From: Pseudomonadota bacterium
Lineage (GTDB): Bacteria; UBA10199; 2-02-FULL-44-16; DYJF01
Reading direction: 5' to 3'
NCBI GenBank assembly: GCA_043823065.1
Contig: JBDRBB010000001.1
Coordinates: forward strand, 64,001 to 128,000
DNA length: 64,000 bases
Shown here: positions 25,708-35,117 of the stretch, in pieces
Numbering within the stretch: position 1 is the first letter of the stretch
How the letters are laid out: each line of letters opens with the position of its first letter
The notes under the pieces: generated by a model
The model's database searches: none
Told to the model about the DNA's origin: nothing
What the model saw: the letters and a program-made list of their open reading frames with translations, nothing else
Program-made: the position numbers and the translations under genes

Positions 25708-28377
25708 ATGAAATCCAAAATTCTAATTCTATTTTTGGCCCTGCTATTATTACCCGGCTCTTTGTTAGCCTTTCCAGATCAAGAGCGCACTGGCTTGAGT
25801 GGCGCTAACCCTCCTTATGATTATAGTTTTACTGATGACATTACTGGCCGAGTTTTAATTGATGATGAGAGATTGGCTGTTTGTTATGGCGAGACTTTAA
25901 GATTGGTTGATATGGCAAGTTTTGCCGTGGAAAGCGATCAACCGCCAGCTTTATCTGTGGATGCTGGCACAGACGGGCGTTTACGAGGTCTGGCTTATTC
26001 TTCCCAACAAAATTATCTTTATGCCACACAAAATGACGGCGATGTTTTGCGGTTTGATCTAGCCAATATTACAGCTACGCCAATTAGTATTTCAATTGCA
26101 GATGGCAATGAATTAGGCCCGATTGTGATAGATAGTACCGGCCAATATGCCTATATTGCTGATAACACAGATTATGCTATTCATGTTTTGGAACTGGCTA
26201 ATTTAACAGTAAGCAAAACTATTAGCGTTGCCTTATCCTCTTCAACAACTTTTACTTTTTTAAGCGCACTCTATGTTTCAACTACTAGCGAGGTGTATTT
26301 TACTACAGATAAGGGTGTGGTGTTTTATCTGCCGACCAGTGGGTCTAATGTCTTTCAAATTACAGTCGATGCGGGTTTGTCCAACAGACTTGGTTCTATT
26401 GCTACAACACCAACTGGTACCTCGGTTTATGTTACCAATGAGTCTGATAATAGTGTGGCCAAAATTAGCACTAGTTCTCACACAGTTACTAATGAAATCG
26501 ATATTCTGCCAAATTTAGCGCCAACCTTTATCGTGATTACCAGGGTTTCGCGTCCTAATGGTGGTGGCACCAGCGCGGTTTATGCCTATGTTGCGGGTTC
26601 GCAAGGTTTAACAGTTATTAATACTGCTGATGATTCAATTCTGGATCTAGGTACAGATGACACTATAGACAATGAGCCACTTCCTTTGTCATCTGCTCCT
26701 AAACAGTTGATAACTAGCTCACAAGATGATGGTTATATTTATCCTATATTGGCCAGCTTAAAGGTGGCAGTGGTAACTGCAAATCCCTGGCTGGTTATTT
26801 CTTCATTAACATATTCGAGCGGTAGCAGCAGTGTGGGCCAGGGCGAAAGTTTTACGCTTACTTTTCAGGCTGATGAAGATGGCACAGCTCAGATAAGATC
26901 AGGTGGCACAGTAGCTGCTACTGGTACGCTTTTAACAGATGATACAGGCGCCACATCTTGGAGCGTGACTGCTGATACTGATTTGGTTTTAACCTTTAAT
27001 TATGATGATAATAGCAGCTCTTTTATTGAAGGTGATAATGATGTTTTTATTTTTGTAACTAATGCAAGTTCCAATAGAGGTAGAATTGCCACAACTGTAA
27101 AAGTTGATACACCTCCGCCAAATGTTACTATTAATTCCACAGGTTTTGGTAATCAAAAAATTTATGTAAATTTTAATCGTCTAACAGAAGCTGATCTGAA
27201 TCATTATAATATTTATACTGATACTGATGCTGCTGCAGTATTGACCAAAACTGAAGTTAGTGGGGTAGTTGAGCAAACTTCTGCAGGCTCTACTTTAGAG
27301 GGTTCAGTTTCTGGATTAAGCAATGCCAATATTTATTATATTGCCATGGAAGCTGTTGATGATGCGGGAAATATTTCTCCTTCACGTACTAATACTTTTT
27401 CAGATGGTTCAACTGCGTATGCTATTCCTCAAGCAACAGCTGGGCCGGTTGAATTGTCTGGAGAGAGGGGAAATTGTAGCTTGAGTAAAAATAGAAGTCA
27501 GAACTGGACTATTACAAGTTTTTTCATTGTTATGGTGTTCGTGCTACTTGGGTCCTTACGAATAAAATGTTGTCATTCCCGCGAGAGTTGTCATTCCCGC
27601 GTAGGCGGGAATCTATTGGTTTCAAAGGGACTGGATCCCCGCTTTCGCGGGGATGACAAGCAGAAGCGCGGGGATGACAAGCAGAAGTGCGGGGATGACA
27701 AACGGGCTCGCAATGATGGATATAAAATATTTTTGCTGATCATCTTTGCCGTTCTCGCAATAACCTGCATTCCTACAACCACGCAAGCCCAGGCTATTGG
27801 TGAAAAGCCAATTCCGCAGTGGTGGAGCTTTGAAGTCAAGACCGGTTTTTGGATGCCTAAAAGTTCTTCGGTAAATCATTTTTTCAAAAATTGCTGTAAT
27901 TTAATTACTAGGTTTCAAGGAGGTTTGCTTTACAAAGGACGCTATGGACTTGAATGTGGGGCTGGTTTTTTATTTAAAAATGGAACAGCAGTTGGTGAAG
28001 TAGATGGTGCAAAGTCGCGCGACAGATTTAGTTTTTTTTTATTGCCCCTAGAGCTTAATTTTACCTGGCGCCTGGATTATTGGACCTGGGATTATATTGT
28101 GCCCTATATCAAGGCTGGTTTTGATGGGGTTTATTTTCGGGAAAATCTGGAGCAGGATATTACCAGTGGTTGGAAGATGGGTTTTCATACCGTTGTTGGC
28201 TGGCAAATAAATTTTAAGGTTTTTGGTGATAGTATTGTGGATTTTGAAAAAGATATTGGTCTAGACGATGCTTTTATCACCATGGAGGCCCAGTATCAAT
28301 ATATAGATAGTTTTGGGAGCAAGGGGTTGGATTTATCAGGACCAGTGTATTCTGCCGGCCTATTATTTGAATTTTAA
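25708..28377 (+). CDS. Fusion: beta-propeller/FN3-like surface protein with CTERM-like anchor, internal signal-like segment, outer-membrane beta-barrel
   Basis: N-terminal signal; YVTN-type blades; GNCSL + TM; second hydrophobic segment ending TQA-Q; C-terminal GLLFEF. Confidence 0.75.
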   Translation: MKSKILILFLALLLLPGSLLAFPDQERTGLSGANPPYDYSFTDDITGRVLIDDERLAVCYGETLRLVDMASFAVESDQPPALSVDAGTDGRLRGLAYSSQQNYLYATQNDGDVLRFDLANITATPISISIADGNELGPIVIDSTGQYAYIADNTDYAIHVLELANLTVSKTISVALSSSTTFTFLSALYVSTTSEVYFTTDKGVVFYLPTSGSNVFQITVDAGLSNRLGSIATTPTGTSVYVTNESDNSVAKISTSSHTVTNEIDILPNLAPTFIVITRVSRPNGGGTSAVYAYVAGSQGLTVINTADDSILDLGTDDTIDNEPLPLSSAPKQLITSSQDDGYIYPILASLKVAVVTANPWLVISSLTYSSGSSSVGQGESFTLTFQADEDGTAQIRSGGTVAATGTLLTDDTGATSWSVTADTDLVLTFNYDDNSSSFIEGDNDVFIFVTNASSNRGRIATTVKVDTPPPNVTINSTGFGNQKIYVNFNRLTEADLNHYNIYTDTDAAAVLTKTEVSGVVEQTSAGSTLEGSVSGLSNANIYYIAMEAVDDAGNISPSRTNTFSDGSTAYAIPQATAGPVELSGERGNCSLSKNRSQNWTITSFFIVMVFVLLGSLRIKCCHSRESCHSRVGGNLLVSKGLDPRFRGDDKQKRGDDKQKCGDDKRARNDGYKIFLLIIFAVLAITCIPTTTQAQAIGEKPIPQWWSFEVKTGFWMPKSSSVNHFFKNCCNLITRFQGGLLYKGRYGLECGAGFLFKNGTAVGEVDGAKSRDRFSFFLLPLELNFTWRLDYWTWDYIVPYIKAGFDGVYFRENLEQDITSGWKMGFHTVVGWQINFKVFGDSIVDFEKDIGLDDAFITMEAQYQYIDSFGSKGLDLSGPVYSAGLLFEF
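27569..27715. repeat. Family A palindrome inserted in frame in a CDS
   Basis: TGTCATTCCCGC x2 ... GATCCCCGCTTTCGCGGGGATGACAA plus two further GCGGGGATGACAA; translates CHSRESCHSRVGGN...DPRFRGDDKQKRGDDKQKCGDDK. Confidence 0.88.
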
Positions 28378-29165
28378 TGCGAAAAATTAAATTAACCATT
28401 TCCTATGACGGCACCAACTATTGTGGTTGGCAGATTCAAGCCAAGGACAAAACAATCCAACATATTATTCGCGATGCAATCTCGCACATGACTAAAGAAA
28501 AAATTAGTCTGGTTGGTTCTTCGCGCACTGATGCTGGGGTTCATGCCTTGGGCCAGGTAGCGCATTTTACCACTAAAACAAATATTTCTACCCAGGCTTT
28601 TGTCAAAGGAATTAATTCGCTCATTCCAGAAGATATTGCAGTTGTTGAGGCCAAAGAAGTTGATCTGGATTTTCACGCTCAAAAACAGGCTAAAGCAAAA
28701 TTATATCAGTATGTAATTGCATCTGGTGCGGTGCGTTTGCCATTAATGCAGGACCGCTGCTGGCAAATGCGCTCAGAACTTAACTTAGCAGCTATGGAAA
28801 AGGCAGCTAAGTATTTAGTTGGCGAACATGATTTTACTAGTTTTCAGTCCACAGGTTCGTCGGCAAAGGATGCGGTTAGGGAGATATATAGTCTGTCATT
28901 GCGAGCGCAGCGAAGCAATCCCAAGGACTCCATGGGATTGCTTCGTCACTACGTTCCTCGCAATGACAATTTTTACACCATCTCCATCTCCGGCAACGGC
29001 TTCCTCTACCGCATGGTGCGCAATATTGTAGGTTTATTGGTGGAAATAGGGCGAGGCAAACATTCGCCCGAATTTGCCAGGCAAGTGCTTCAAGCTAAGA
29101 GCAAAAAAAAAGCTGGAGTTTGCGCTCCAGCCTGTGGTCTTTATTTGATTCGAATTGATTATTAG
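28377..29165 (+). CDS. truA: tRNA pseudouridine(38-40) synthase
   Basis: YDGTNYCGWQ, RTDAGVHA and FLYRMVRNIVG motifs. Confidence 0.96.
   Translation: MRKIKLTISYDGTNYCGWQIQAKDKTIQHIIRDAISHMTKEKISLVGSSRTDAGVHALGQVAHFTTKTNISTQAFVKGINSLIPEDIAVVEAKEVDLDFHAQKQAKAKLYQYVIASGAVRLPLMQDRCWQMRSELNLAAMEKAAKYLVGEHDFTSFQSTGSSAKDAVREIYSLSLRAQRSNPKDSMGLLRHYVPRNDNFYTISISGNGFLYRMVRNIVGLLVEIGRGKHSPEFARQVLQAKSKKKAGVCAPACGLYLIRIDY
28894..28968. repeat. Family B palindrome inserted in frame in truA
   Basis: TGTCATTGCGAG..CGAAGCAATCCCA..TGGGATTGCTTCG..CTCGCAATGACA, 75 bp. Confidence 0.88.
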
Positions 29166-29250
29166 GTTCTCGACTTGGCTAGCGCCTCGCTCGAACAATA
29201 AGTATATTCTTCGAGCAAGCTATATTCTTCGAGCTTAGTCGAGAAGAATC
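29166..29250. repeat. REP-like palindrome, family D
   Basis: GTTCTCGAC...GCTCGAAC...TATATTCTTCGAGC x2...GTCGAGAAGAAT between convergent genes. Confidence 0.8.
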
Positions 29251-31290
29251 TTATCCTTCATCATCTACATCTTCATCACTATCTGCATCACCGTCCACAT
29301 CTCCGCTAGTTCCAGTATATTCAGGAAGTGGAGCAGCGCTATCGTCAATATTATAAGTAACTACAGAGTCAAGGCCGTCGTTTTCAACATTAGTTCCAGA
29401 AGGGACAACTATTGTGTCTGCGCCTTCGCCGCCGTTAACAACATACATATCATCTTCAAAAGTGATTGGAATTGGATTCATAAGTCCTTCTGCTCTTAGT
29501 CCCTCAACAGTACTGGCATTACCATGTTTAATATTAATTCTAGTAAAATCTAAATCGGTATTAGCAAATTTAACAGTGATATAATGTCCTTCACCATCAG
29601 CTAAGATTACGTAAGTATGTCCATCTGAACCTTCAGTAATATAAGCATTATCATAACCTGCTGGAGCATGAAGTTGAATTACATTTTCAGGATCTTCAAT
29701 ATCAATATCTGCTTCAGGATTTCTCGTAACTACGATTTGACCATCAACTGCCTCAGCACTATATCCATTAACTTCTTCGCCTGCTTCATTTTCAAATTGA
29801 CCCCAGAGGTCATTATCGTTTAAGCGATCAGCATAATTTTCTAGTTCTGATTGACTTACTGAGCTTTCTTGCCAGCTGCTGGTATCAATTCCATCTCGCA
29901 AGAGCGCCGCATCTGTACCATAAATAGCATCTTGGCCGTCTCCACCAAAGATGTTTACAACTTGATTTTCAACTTGGCAGCGAAAATCAATAATATTTGA
30001 GTTGCTGTTACCGTGAATATTTAAGGTTACCACAGCGCTAGCTGGGTCAATGCCTGGTCTGTTTCTAAAGAAATCATCAATCCTAAAGCTAAACTGGGTC
30101 ATGTCTCCGCTTTCATCTAAACCAGTAAAGGTAATGATCAAATCATTATCACTTCTTTCAGCAAAGGCATTATCTAATGGTAGGTTAATGTCAATTGCGC
30201 TGCCTTGATCGCCTATGTGTCTTAAAGCAGTTAAGCCGTTTTCATCTTCGTAAAGTTCCCATTGAGTTTCATCAAAGTCTAACCATTCTTCAGGATCAAC
30301 TGGAGTGTAGTTAGGAGCAACAACATCACCGCCCATATCTACTGCTGAATCATGAGATTCAACCACCCCACTGTCAATACCTCCGCCACCCATGATTACA
30401 TCCTCCCCACGACCGCCATCTATATAATCATCACCAGTGCCAGTACCGTCAGTGCCAGGAGTTACGTACCAGTTATCACCAGCAATATTATCTCTGCCAC
30501 CTAAACCATGAATGATATCATCGCCAGCTCCACCCACGATGCGGCTATCATGTCCGTTTGAACCAATTAGGGTATCATTACCAGCACCACCCCAAATGCT
30601 AAAACCAGCAACTTCGCCAGCAGCTAAACCATGGCGACCATCACCCACAATATAGGCTTGTGAACAATCAATAGTCATACCGCTGTCATGAGCTTTAATA
30701 ACAATGTCTTCATTAGCATTTTCGCGGCGCACTGAGCCATTTTCCAAAACAATAGCTTCTTTGGTGCCATCTTTTTTAGTAAGAATAAAAGCCAGATCTG
30801 AACCAATGCTTACTACATCTAATCTTTCCACCTCAGGATCTGCTGCATAATAGCCAATGCGGTCGCTTTCAATACGCACGGTTTCTGTATAAGTTACATC
30901 ATCACCAAAGCGGTCATAAAGGGCTTGTTCATCTTGGGCATCTTGCATAGAGCGCATCGTGCCGCCTTCACTGATATTCCAGCCTGGTTCCAGGGTGTCT
31001 GGATTCATAGAAGTATCCCAGCCAGGAATATTTGAACCACTGGCAGCGCCAGCAAAGTCTTTGGCTTCCAAAGCAGCTATTTCTGATTTCATTATAGCTT
31101 CCAGCCGGTCCAGCTCAAACATCTGCTCATCAGAGATCAGCATTTCATTTTCATCGCGCATGTTCTGCAAATCCAGTAAAGCATCTTCTAACTGATTTTG
31201 CAGTTCTTCTGCTTGGTTATTTACATCAGATGTCTGATTTTCAGAATACAGATCAGTAGCTTTGATGTTGTTATTAATGTTTATACTCAT
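29251..31290 (-). CDS. Acidic protein with RTX/hemolysin-type Ca-binding repeats and N-terminal coiled coil
   Basis: GGAGNDTLI, GGAGDDIIH, GGRGEDVIM, GGDGQDAIY and GGEGADTIV repeats; no signal peptide. Confidence 0.8.
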   Translation of the reverse strand: MSININNNIKATDLYSENQTSDVNNQAEELQNQLEDALLDLQNMRDENEMLISDEQMFELDRLEAIMKSEIAALEAKDFAGAASGSNIPGWDTSMNPDTLEPGWNISEGGTMRSMQDAQDEQALYDRFGDDVTYTETVRIESDRIGYYAADPEVERLDVVSIGSDLAFILTKKDGTKEAIVLENGSVRRENANEDIVIKAHDSGMTIDCSQAYIVGDGRHGLAAGEVAGFSIWGGAGNDTLIGSNGHDSRIVGGAGDDIIHGLGGRDNIAGDNWYVTPGTDGTGTGDDYIDGGRGEDVIMGGGGIDSGVVESHDSAVDMGGDVVAPNYTPVDPEEWLDFDETQWELYEDENGLTALRHIGDQGSAIDINLPLDNAFAERSDNDLIITFTGLDESGDMTQFSFRIDDFFRNRPGIDPASAVVTLNIHGNSNSNIIDFRCQVENQVVNIFGGDGQDAIYGTDAALLRDGIDTSSWQESSVSQSELENYADRLNDNDLWGQFENEAGEEVNGYSAEAVDGQIVVTRNPEADIDIEDPENVIQLHAPAGYDNAYITEGSDGHTYVILADGEGHYITVKFANTDLDFTRINIKHGNASTVEGLRAEGLMNPIPITFEDDMYVVNGGEGADTIVVPSGTNVENDGLDSVVTYNIDDSAAPLPEYTGTSGDVDGDADSDEDVDDEG

Positions 31291-31301
31291 AATTTATCCC
31301 C

Positions 31302-33734
31302 TTACAAATTGTAATTTGCTTTATATTGTTCCCACTCAGCAAAGATCTCTTCTTTTTCGCCAAACATGGCTTCAAAAAAAGAAGCAGTTTCTTCAGCTAA
31401 TTGGCGATAATTTTCGCCTGCTGCCAACCATTCGGTTTGAGTGGCTTCTAAATCTTCAATACTGTTAATTTCTTGGTTATAGGTTTCAAATTCTGCGCGC
31501 CAATCATTAATGCATTCTTCAACAGCTTCAGCACCGCAGACATTAGCATCAGTTAAATTTGCCTGTCCTTGAATATCTTTGTTGCCATAATCTGTAGTAT
31601 AAATTATGCCATCCAACTCATAATAATCATCACCGTCTAATCCCCAGGAATAGGCTTCATTATCTGAACGATCTGAATCGCGTTCAATTTCTTGGTCAAC
31701 TAAATATATTGAGCCAGCTGAGGCATAGATATGGTTTTGAGGTTGACGACGGCTGTCTTGAATATCGCCTGAATTAGGTTCACGAACACAATCTGGTACG
31801 TCACCGATAATTCTATCCAAAATATCTGCATCAAGTCCATCGTTACTGCTATTTGAATTGCTGTTTTTATTTTCAGAACGAACTTTAAAACGCGCAGTGT
31901 CTGTTTTATTACCTTCAAAATAGGCAAAGTTAACGCCTGTGGCATTAAGATTTCCTGCGCCAATTTGCACCACAACTGCTCCACCCAGGCCATCATAAGA
32001 AGTAGTATAAGGAGTATCGTCCAAATAAGTGATAGGTTCAATGCCATCTAAAGCATCTTCTGGCACAAATTCTTCAGAATATTCATTAGCCCCTCTAACC
32101 AGAATTAAATCATTATATCGTGTGCCACGAATATCGCCTCTAAAACCCTGCATAAATATACCACTTTGCAAGCTGGAGCGGGTATCCACATCAGTGGTTG
32201 GATCTGTGCTGCGGCAGACCATGTTGCCTTGAAAATTGTCATTATGAGCGAGTTCAAACCATTGGCCAGCAGCGCCATCTTCTGGTGAACCAAAATCAGT
32301 TACCTGCCAGAATTTAGAAACATAGTCTGGATTTTCAAAAAAGCGGCGGTTATCTTCAGCTGCCATATATCTTGGATTGTTTCTGTATTCTTCTTGTTTA
32401 TCTGCTGGAATGCCTAATGTGCCGTAAAAATCGTCTAAAATTTGTCTGGCATGAGAGGTAAACTGGCTGACATCCACTTCCATGGGATAGGTGGTTTGAT
32501 CGCCGTTTAAGGAAAAACCAACTGAAGAAGCATAAACTCTATTCTCGCCAGAAGCTAGTTCTGCAGAAACACTGTTGGCTTCAGAAGTGTTGGCACCTTC
32601 AATAGTGGCACTAAACAAAACATTATCATCTTTATCTAGGAATTCGATTTTATGGATTGCGCCGCCAATGCCGTCTAAAGAATCTATTGGGTCAGCATGA
32701 GAGACAATGCGTACGCCAGCAATTCTGATCTGGCGATATTTACTCATATCATCAATTAGGCTGACATCTTGGCGAATGCCGTTTTCATCAATGGTCAAGA
32801 GTTCATCTGCTTGATAATATCTTCTATCAAGAGTATCAGTTCTAATCTCAGCAGAAATGCTTTCTCCGTTTTTCACCCACCAATATTGGGGAACCATAAT
32901 CTCAATATCAGTGCCAAATTTGCCGCTACCTTGACCTAGTTTGCTTAAATCCAAGCCAAAATGAACATCTGCTTCTAATTGAGGATAATCTTCTTCATTA
33001 AAAACAGTCTCATCAGCACCTAAAACTTTTAAAGTATCATTACGGGTAAAGATTGAATCACTTTCCAAATAAAATGGTGGTGGTACAACTTCACCAGTGG
33101 TTGGATTTAAAAATACTTTTTTGCCATCAGTAGTTTCGCTAATGCCTAAGCGGCGCGGATCACTTTCCAAACCAAGATAGCCATCGCCATTTAAGTCAGT
33201 TAGAGATTTTAATTCCATTTCGCCAATATATTCATTGTGAGCAGCCAAACGGTCGCATTCATTAATCTGCTGGGCAATAAATGGTAGACGATCATTTTGG
33301 ATTAAAGCAACTTTTTGTTGAAGTAGAGAAACCTGATCTGCGCCCAAAGCTCTGGAATCAATTAAGACTTGATAGTTGGCAAGCAGGGCTCTTAAATCAT
33401 TTTCTGAATTTTCATATAGTTTTCTTAGAATATGAATTCCATTTATGCCATTTTCCTTTTGAGCCAAGATATCAGTTACTGGAGGTGGAAAATTGGCTAA
33501 ACGTTCTAAAACAGCTTGCTCCTGTTCTGGAGTTGTACCGTTATAGTTGATGCCGTAACTTGCTAATGGGTCTGAATTTGCTGCATCAACTGGTAAAGAG
33601 GTTGATTCAGATTGTCCTAAAGAGTTTAACTCATCAAGACTCATGGGCTCAGTAGTGGTTTGAGCTTGAGGAGTATTTTCAATAAGATCAACTGTTTCAA
33701 CCTTAAAAGTTTTTGAAGTATTGTTAATTTGCAT
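31302..33734 (-). CDS. Large acidic hypothetical protein
   Basis: 810-aa ORF; S/T/N-rich N-terminus, helical segment, EF-hand-like DLNGDGYL; no signal peptide. Confidence 0.75.
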   Translation of the reverse strand: MQINNTSKTFKVETVDLIENTPQAQTTTEPMSLDELNSLGQSESTSLPVDAANSDPLASYGINYNGTTPEQEQAVLERLANFPPPVTDILAQKENGINGIHILRKLYENSENDLRALLANYQVLIDSRALGADQVSLLQQKVALIQNDRLPFIAQQINECDRLAAHNEYIGEMELKSLTDLNGDGYLGLESDPRRLGISETTDGKKVFLNPTTGEVVPPPFYLESDSIFTRNDTLKVLGADETVFNEEDYPQLEADVHFGLDLSKLGQGSGKFGTDIEIMVPQYWWVKNGESISAEIRTDTLDRRYYQADELLTIDENGIRQDVSLIDDMSKYRQIRIAGVRIVSHADPIDSLDGIGGAIHKIEFLDKDDNVLFSATIEGANTSEANSVSAELASGENRVYASSVGFSLNGDQTTYPMEVDVSQFTSHARQILDDFYGTLGIPADKQEEYRNNPRYMAAEDNRRFFENPDYVSKFWQVTDFGSPEDGAAGQWFELAHNDNFQGNMVCRSTDPTTDVDTRSSLQSGIFMQGFRGDIRGTRYNDLILVRGANEYSEEFVPEDALDGIEPITYLDDTPYTTSYDGLGGAVVVQIGAGNLNATGVNFAYFEGNKTDTARFKVRSENKNSNSNSSNDGLDADILDRIIGDVPDCVREPNSGDIQDSRRQPQNHIYASAGSIYLVDQEIERDSDRSDNEAYSWGLDGDDYYELDGIIYTTDYGNKDIQGQANLTDANVCGAEAVEECINDWRAEFETYNQEINSIEDLEATQTEWLAAGENYRQLAEETASFFEAMFGEKEEIFAEWEQYKANYNL

Positions 33735-33774
33735 AGTTTATACCTTTGAACAATGAAATTTCGATAAGATATAA

Positions 33775-33790
33775 TGCAAGTTCTTTGCCA
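33775..33790 (-). promoter_or_regulatory. sigma54 (-24/-12) promoter
   Basis: TGGCAAAGAACTTGCA (GG-N10-GC), 40 bp upstream of the ATG at 33734. Confidence 0.7.
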
Positions 33791-33941
33791 AAAGGTCTTT
33801 TTGAGAACTAGTTTTAAGCTGATTATTTATTAATGATTTCAAGTAGTTGGGAGGTTGCTGAAAAATAAGTTTTTGAATAAAAATCCCAAGCTTTGATTTA
33901 TTGAGGGGATTGTTCCTGATCCGGGGTTAATTGTCCCCAGA

Positions 33942-34574
33942 TTAGATATCTTCAGTTTCAGCATCAACTAGTTCTCTGGCAATTTCTTCACGGTCTTGCT
34001 GTAACTCGTAATAATAATTAGCTAAAGTCAGTTCCCGGGAATTTTCTTCTAAGCGACTCTCTATAGCCCTAATTCGGTCCTGAGTAGCTCTGGCTTCATG
34101 AGCGTTTAATTCTTGTTGTAAGGCACTATAAGCATTTTGTAGCAGATTTTCTAAAGTCTCTTGAATTAATTCATATTTATTAACCGTGCTTTCCATGTTG
34201 TCTTGAATATGAGGAGATTGTTCAAATAAATCCTGGAGTTTGGGAACAGGGGGAAGGTCATAACTGGCCTGAGCATCTTGCTGACTAATGGTGCTAGCTG
34301 GCCCACTAAAACTAGCAAGTAGGGCATCTCTTGGACCCTTAAAAGAACTGGTCTGTTCCACGCCATTAATAGCATCCATCATTTCTCCAATTGGAGTAGA
34401 TTCTGAGGTCATGGCTTGCCATTCATTTTTTGTTGCTATGATAAAACCCGAGTTATTATAATCAGTTACACTGCTTGCTTTAACAGTGGAATTTTGCTCC
34501 GTCTGATTTATTTTTTGCTCCGTCTGACTTTGGGTGGCGGAGTTGGTCTTAATGTTTAGCTCTGTTCTGGACAT
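33942..34574 (-). CDS. Hypothetical coiled-coil protein
   Basis: 210 aa; S/T/Q/N-rich N-terminus and E/Q-rich helical C-terminus. Confidence 0.7.
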   Translation of the reverse strand: MSRTELNIKTNSATQSQTEQKINQTEQNSTVKASSVTDYNNSGFIIATKNEWQAMTSESTPIGEMMDAINGVEQTSSFKGPRDALLASFSGPASTISQQDAQASYDLPPVPKLQDLFEQSPHIQDNMESTVNKYELIQETLENLLQNAYSALQQELNAHEARATQDRIRAIESRLEENSRELTLANYYYELQQDREEIARELVDAETEDI

Positions 34575-34819
34575 AGTTCTAACTCATTTATGATAGCATC
34601 CAAATCTTGGATGGCTTGGTTTACGTCTTCCATAACTGTACCAAAATTATGATATCCACCTTGTTCCAAAAGGTTCATTAGTTGCCTTTTTTCCTCTAAA
34701 GAGGCCTTGAGCTGAATCAAGTCAATATCCTGTTTTTGTTCAGGTTTTTGAGCTTGTAGCTCAATTTGCTCTTGATTTTGCTCTATTTTATTAACTCGAT
34801 TTTCTTGAGAAATTTGCAT
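34556..34819 (-). CDS. Small hypothetical coiled-coil protein
   Basis: GAGGTG SD before MQISQENR; overlaps the next gene's start. Confidence 0.65.
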   Translation of the reverse strand: MQISQENRVNKIEQNQEQIELQAQKPEQKQDIDLIQLKASLEEKRQLMNLLEQGGYHNFGTVMEDVNQAIQDLDAIINELELCPEQS

Positions 34820-34847
34820 AACAACACCTCGTTTCACTAAGAATATA

Positions 34848-34863
34848 TGCAATATTGTTGCCA
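34848..34863 (-). promoter_or_regulatory. sigma54 (-24/-12) promoter
   Basis: TGGCAACAATATTGCA (GG-N10-GC), 28 bp upstream of the ATG at 34819. Confidence 0.7.
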
Positions 34864-34993
34864 GAAAAACACGATAAGAGCGTTAGTCTGTAAAAACTTA
34901 GATAAAACGATGTATTATATAAATTATATAAAGTTTAACTTTATTATAACCGAAACTGTATCTTAACTAAATACTGAGGTCTATAAACCACAA

Positions 34994-35110
34994 CACTGAG
35001 CTGGAGACGTAGAGCGGCTTTTCGAGCGCACTGGCTTGCTACTAAATAACATAGATTCGTAATGTATGGAAGTAAGCGAGAAAAGTCGGTCGAGAGTCTT
35101 CAGCTTAGTG
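34994..35110. repeat. ~115-bp hairpin element, copy 1
   Basis: Close match to the reverse complement of 46069-46189; self-complementary ends. Confidence 0.85.
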
Positions 35111-35117
35111 CTATGGC

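Noticed and set aside
27569..27715. Repeated GCGGGGATGACAA units as a CRISPR array
   Set aside because: The intervening sequences are short and nearly identical, the units belong to a dispersed palindrome family, and no cas genes are present.
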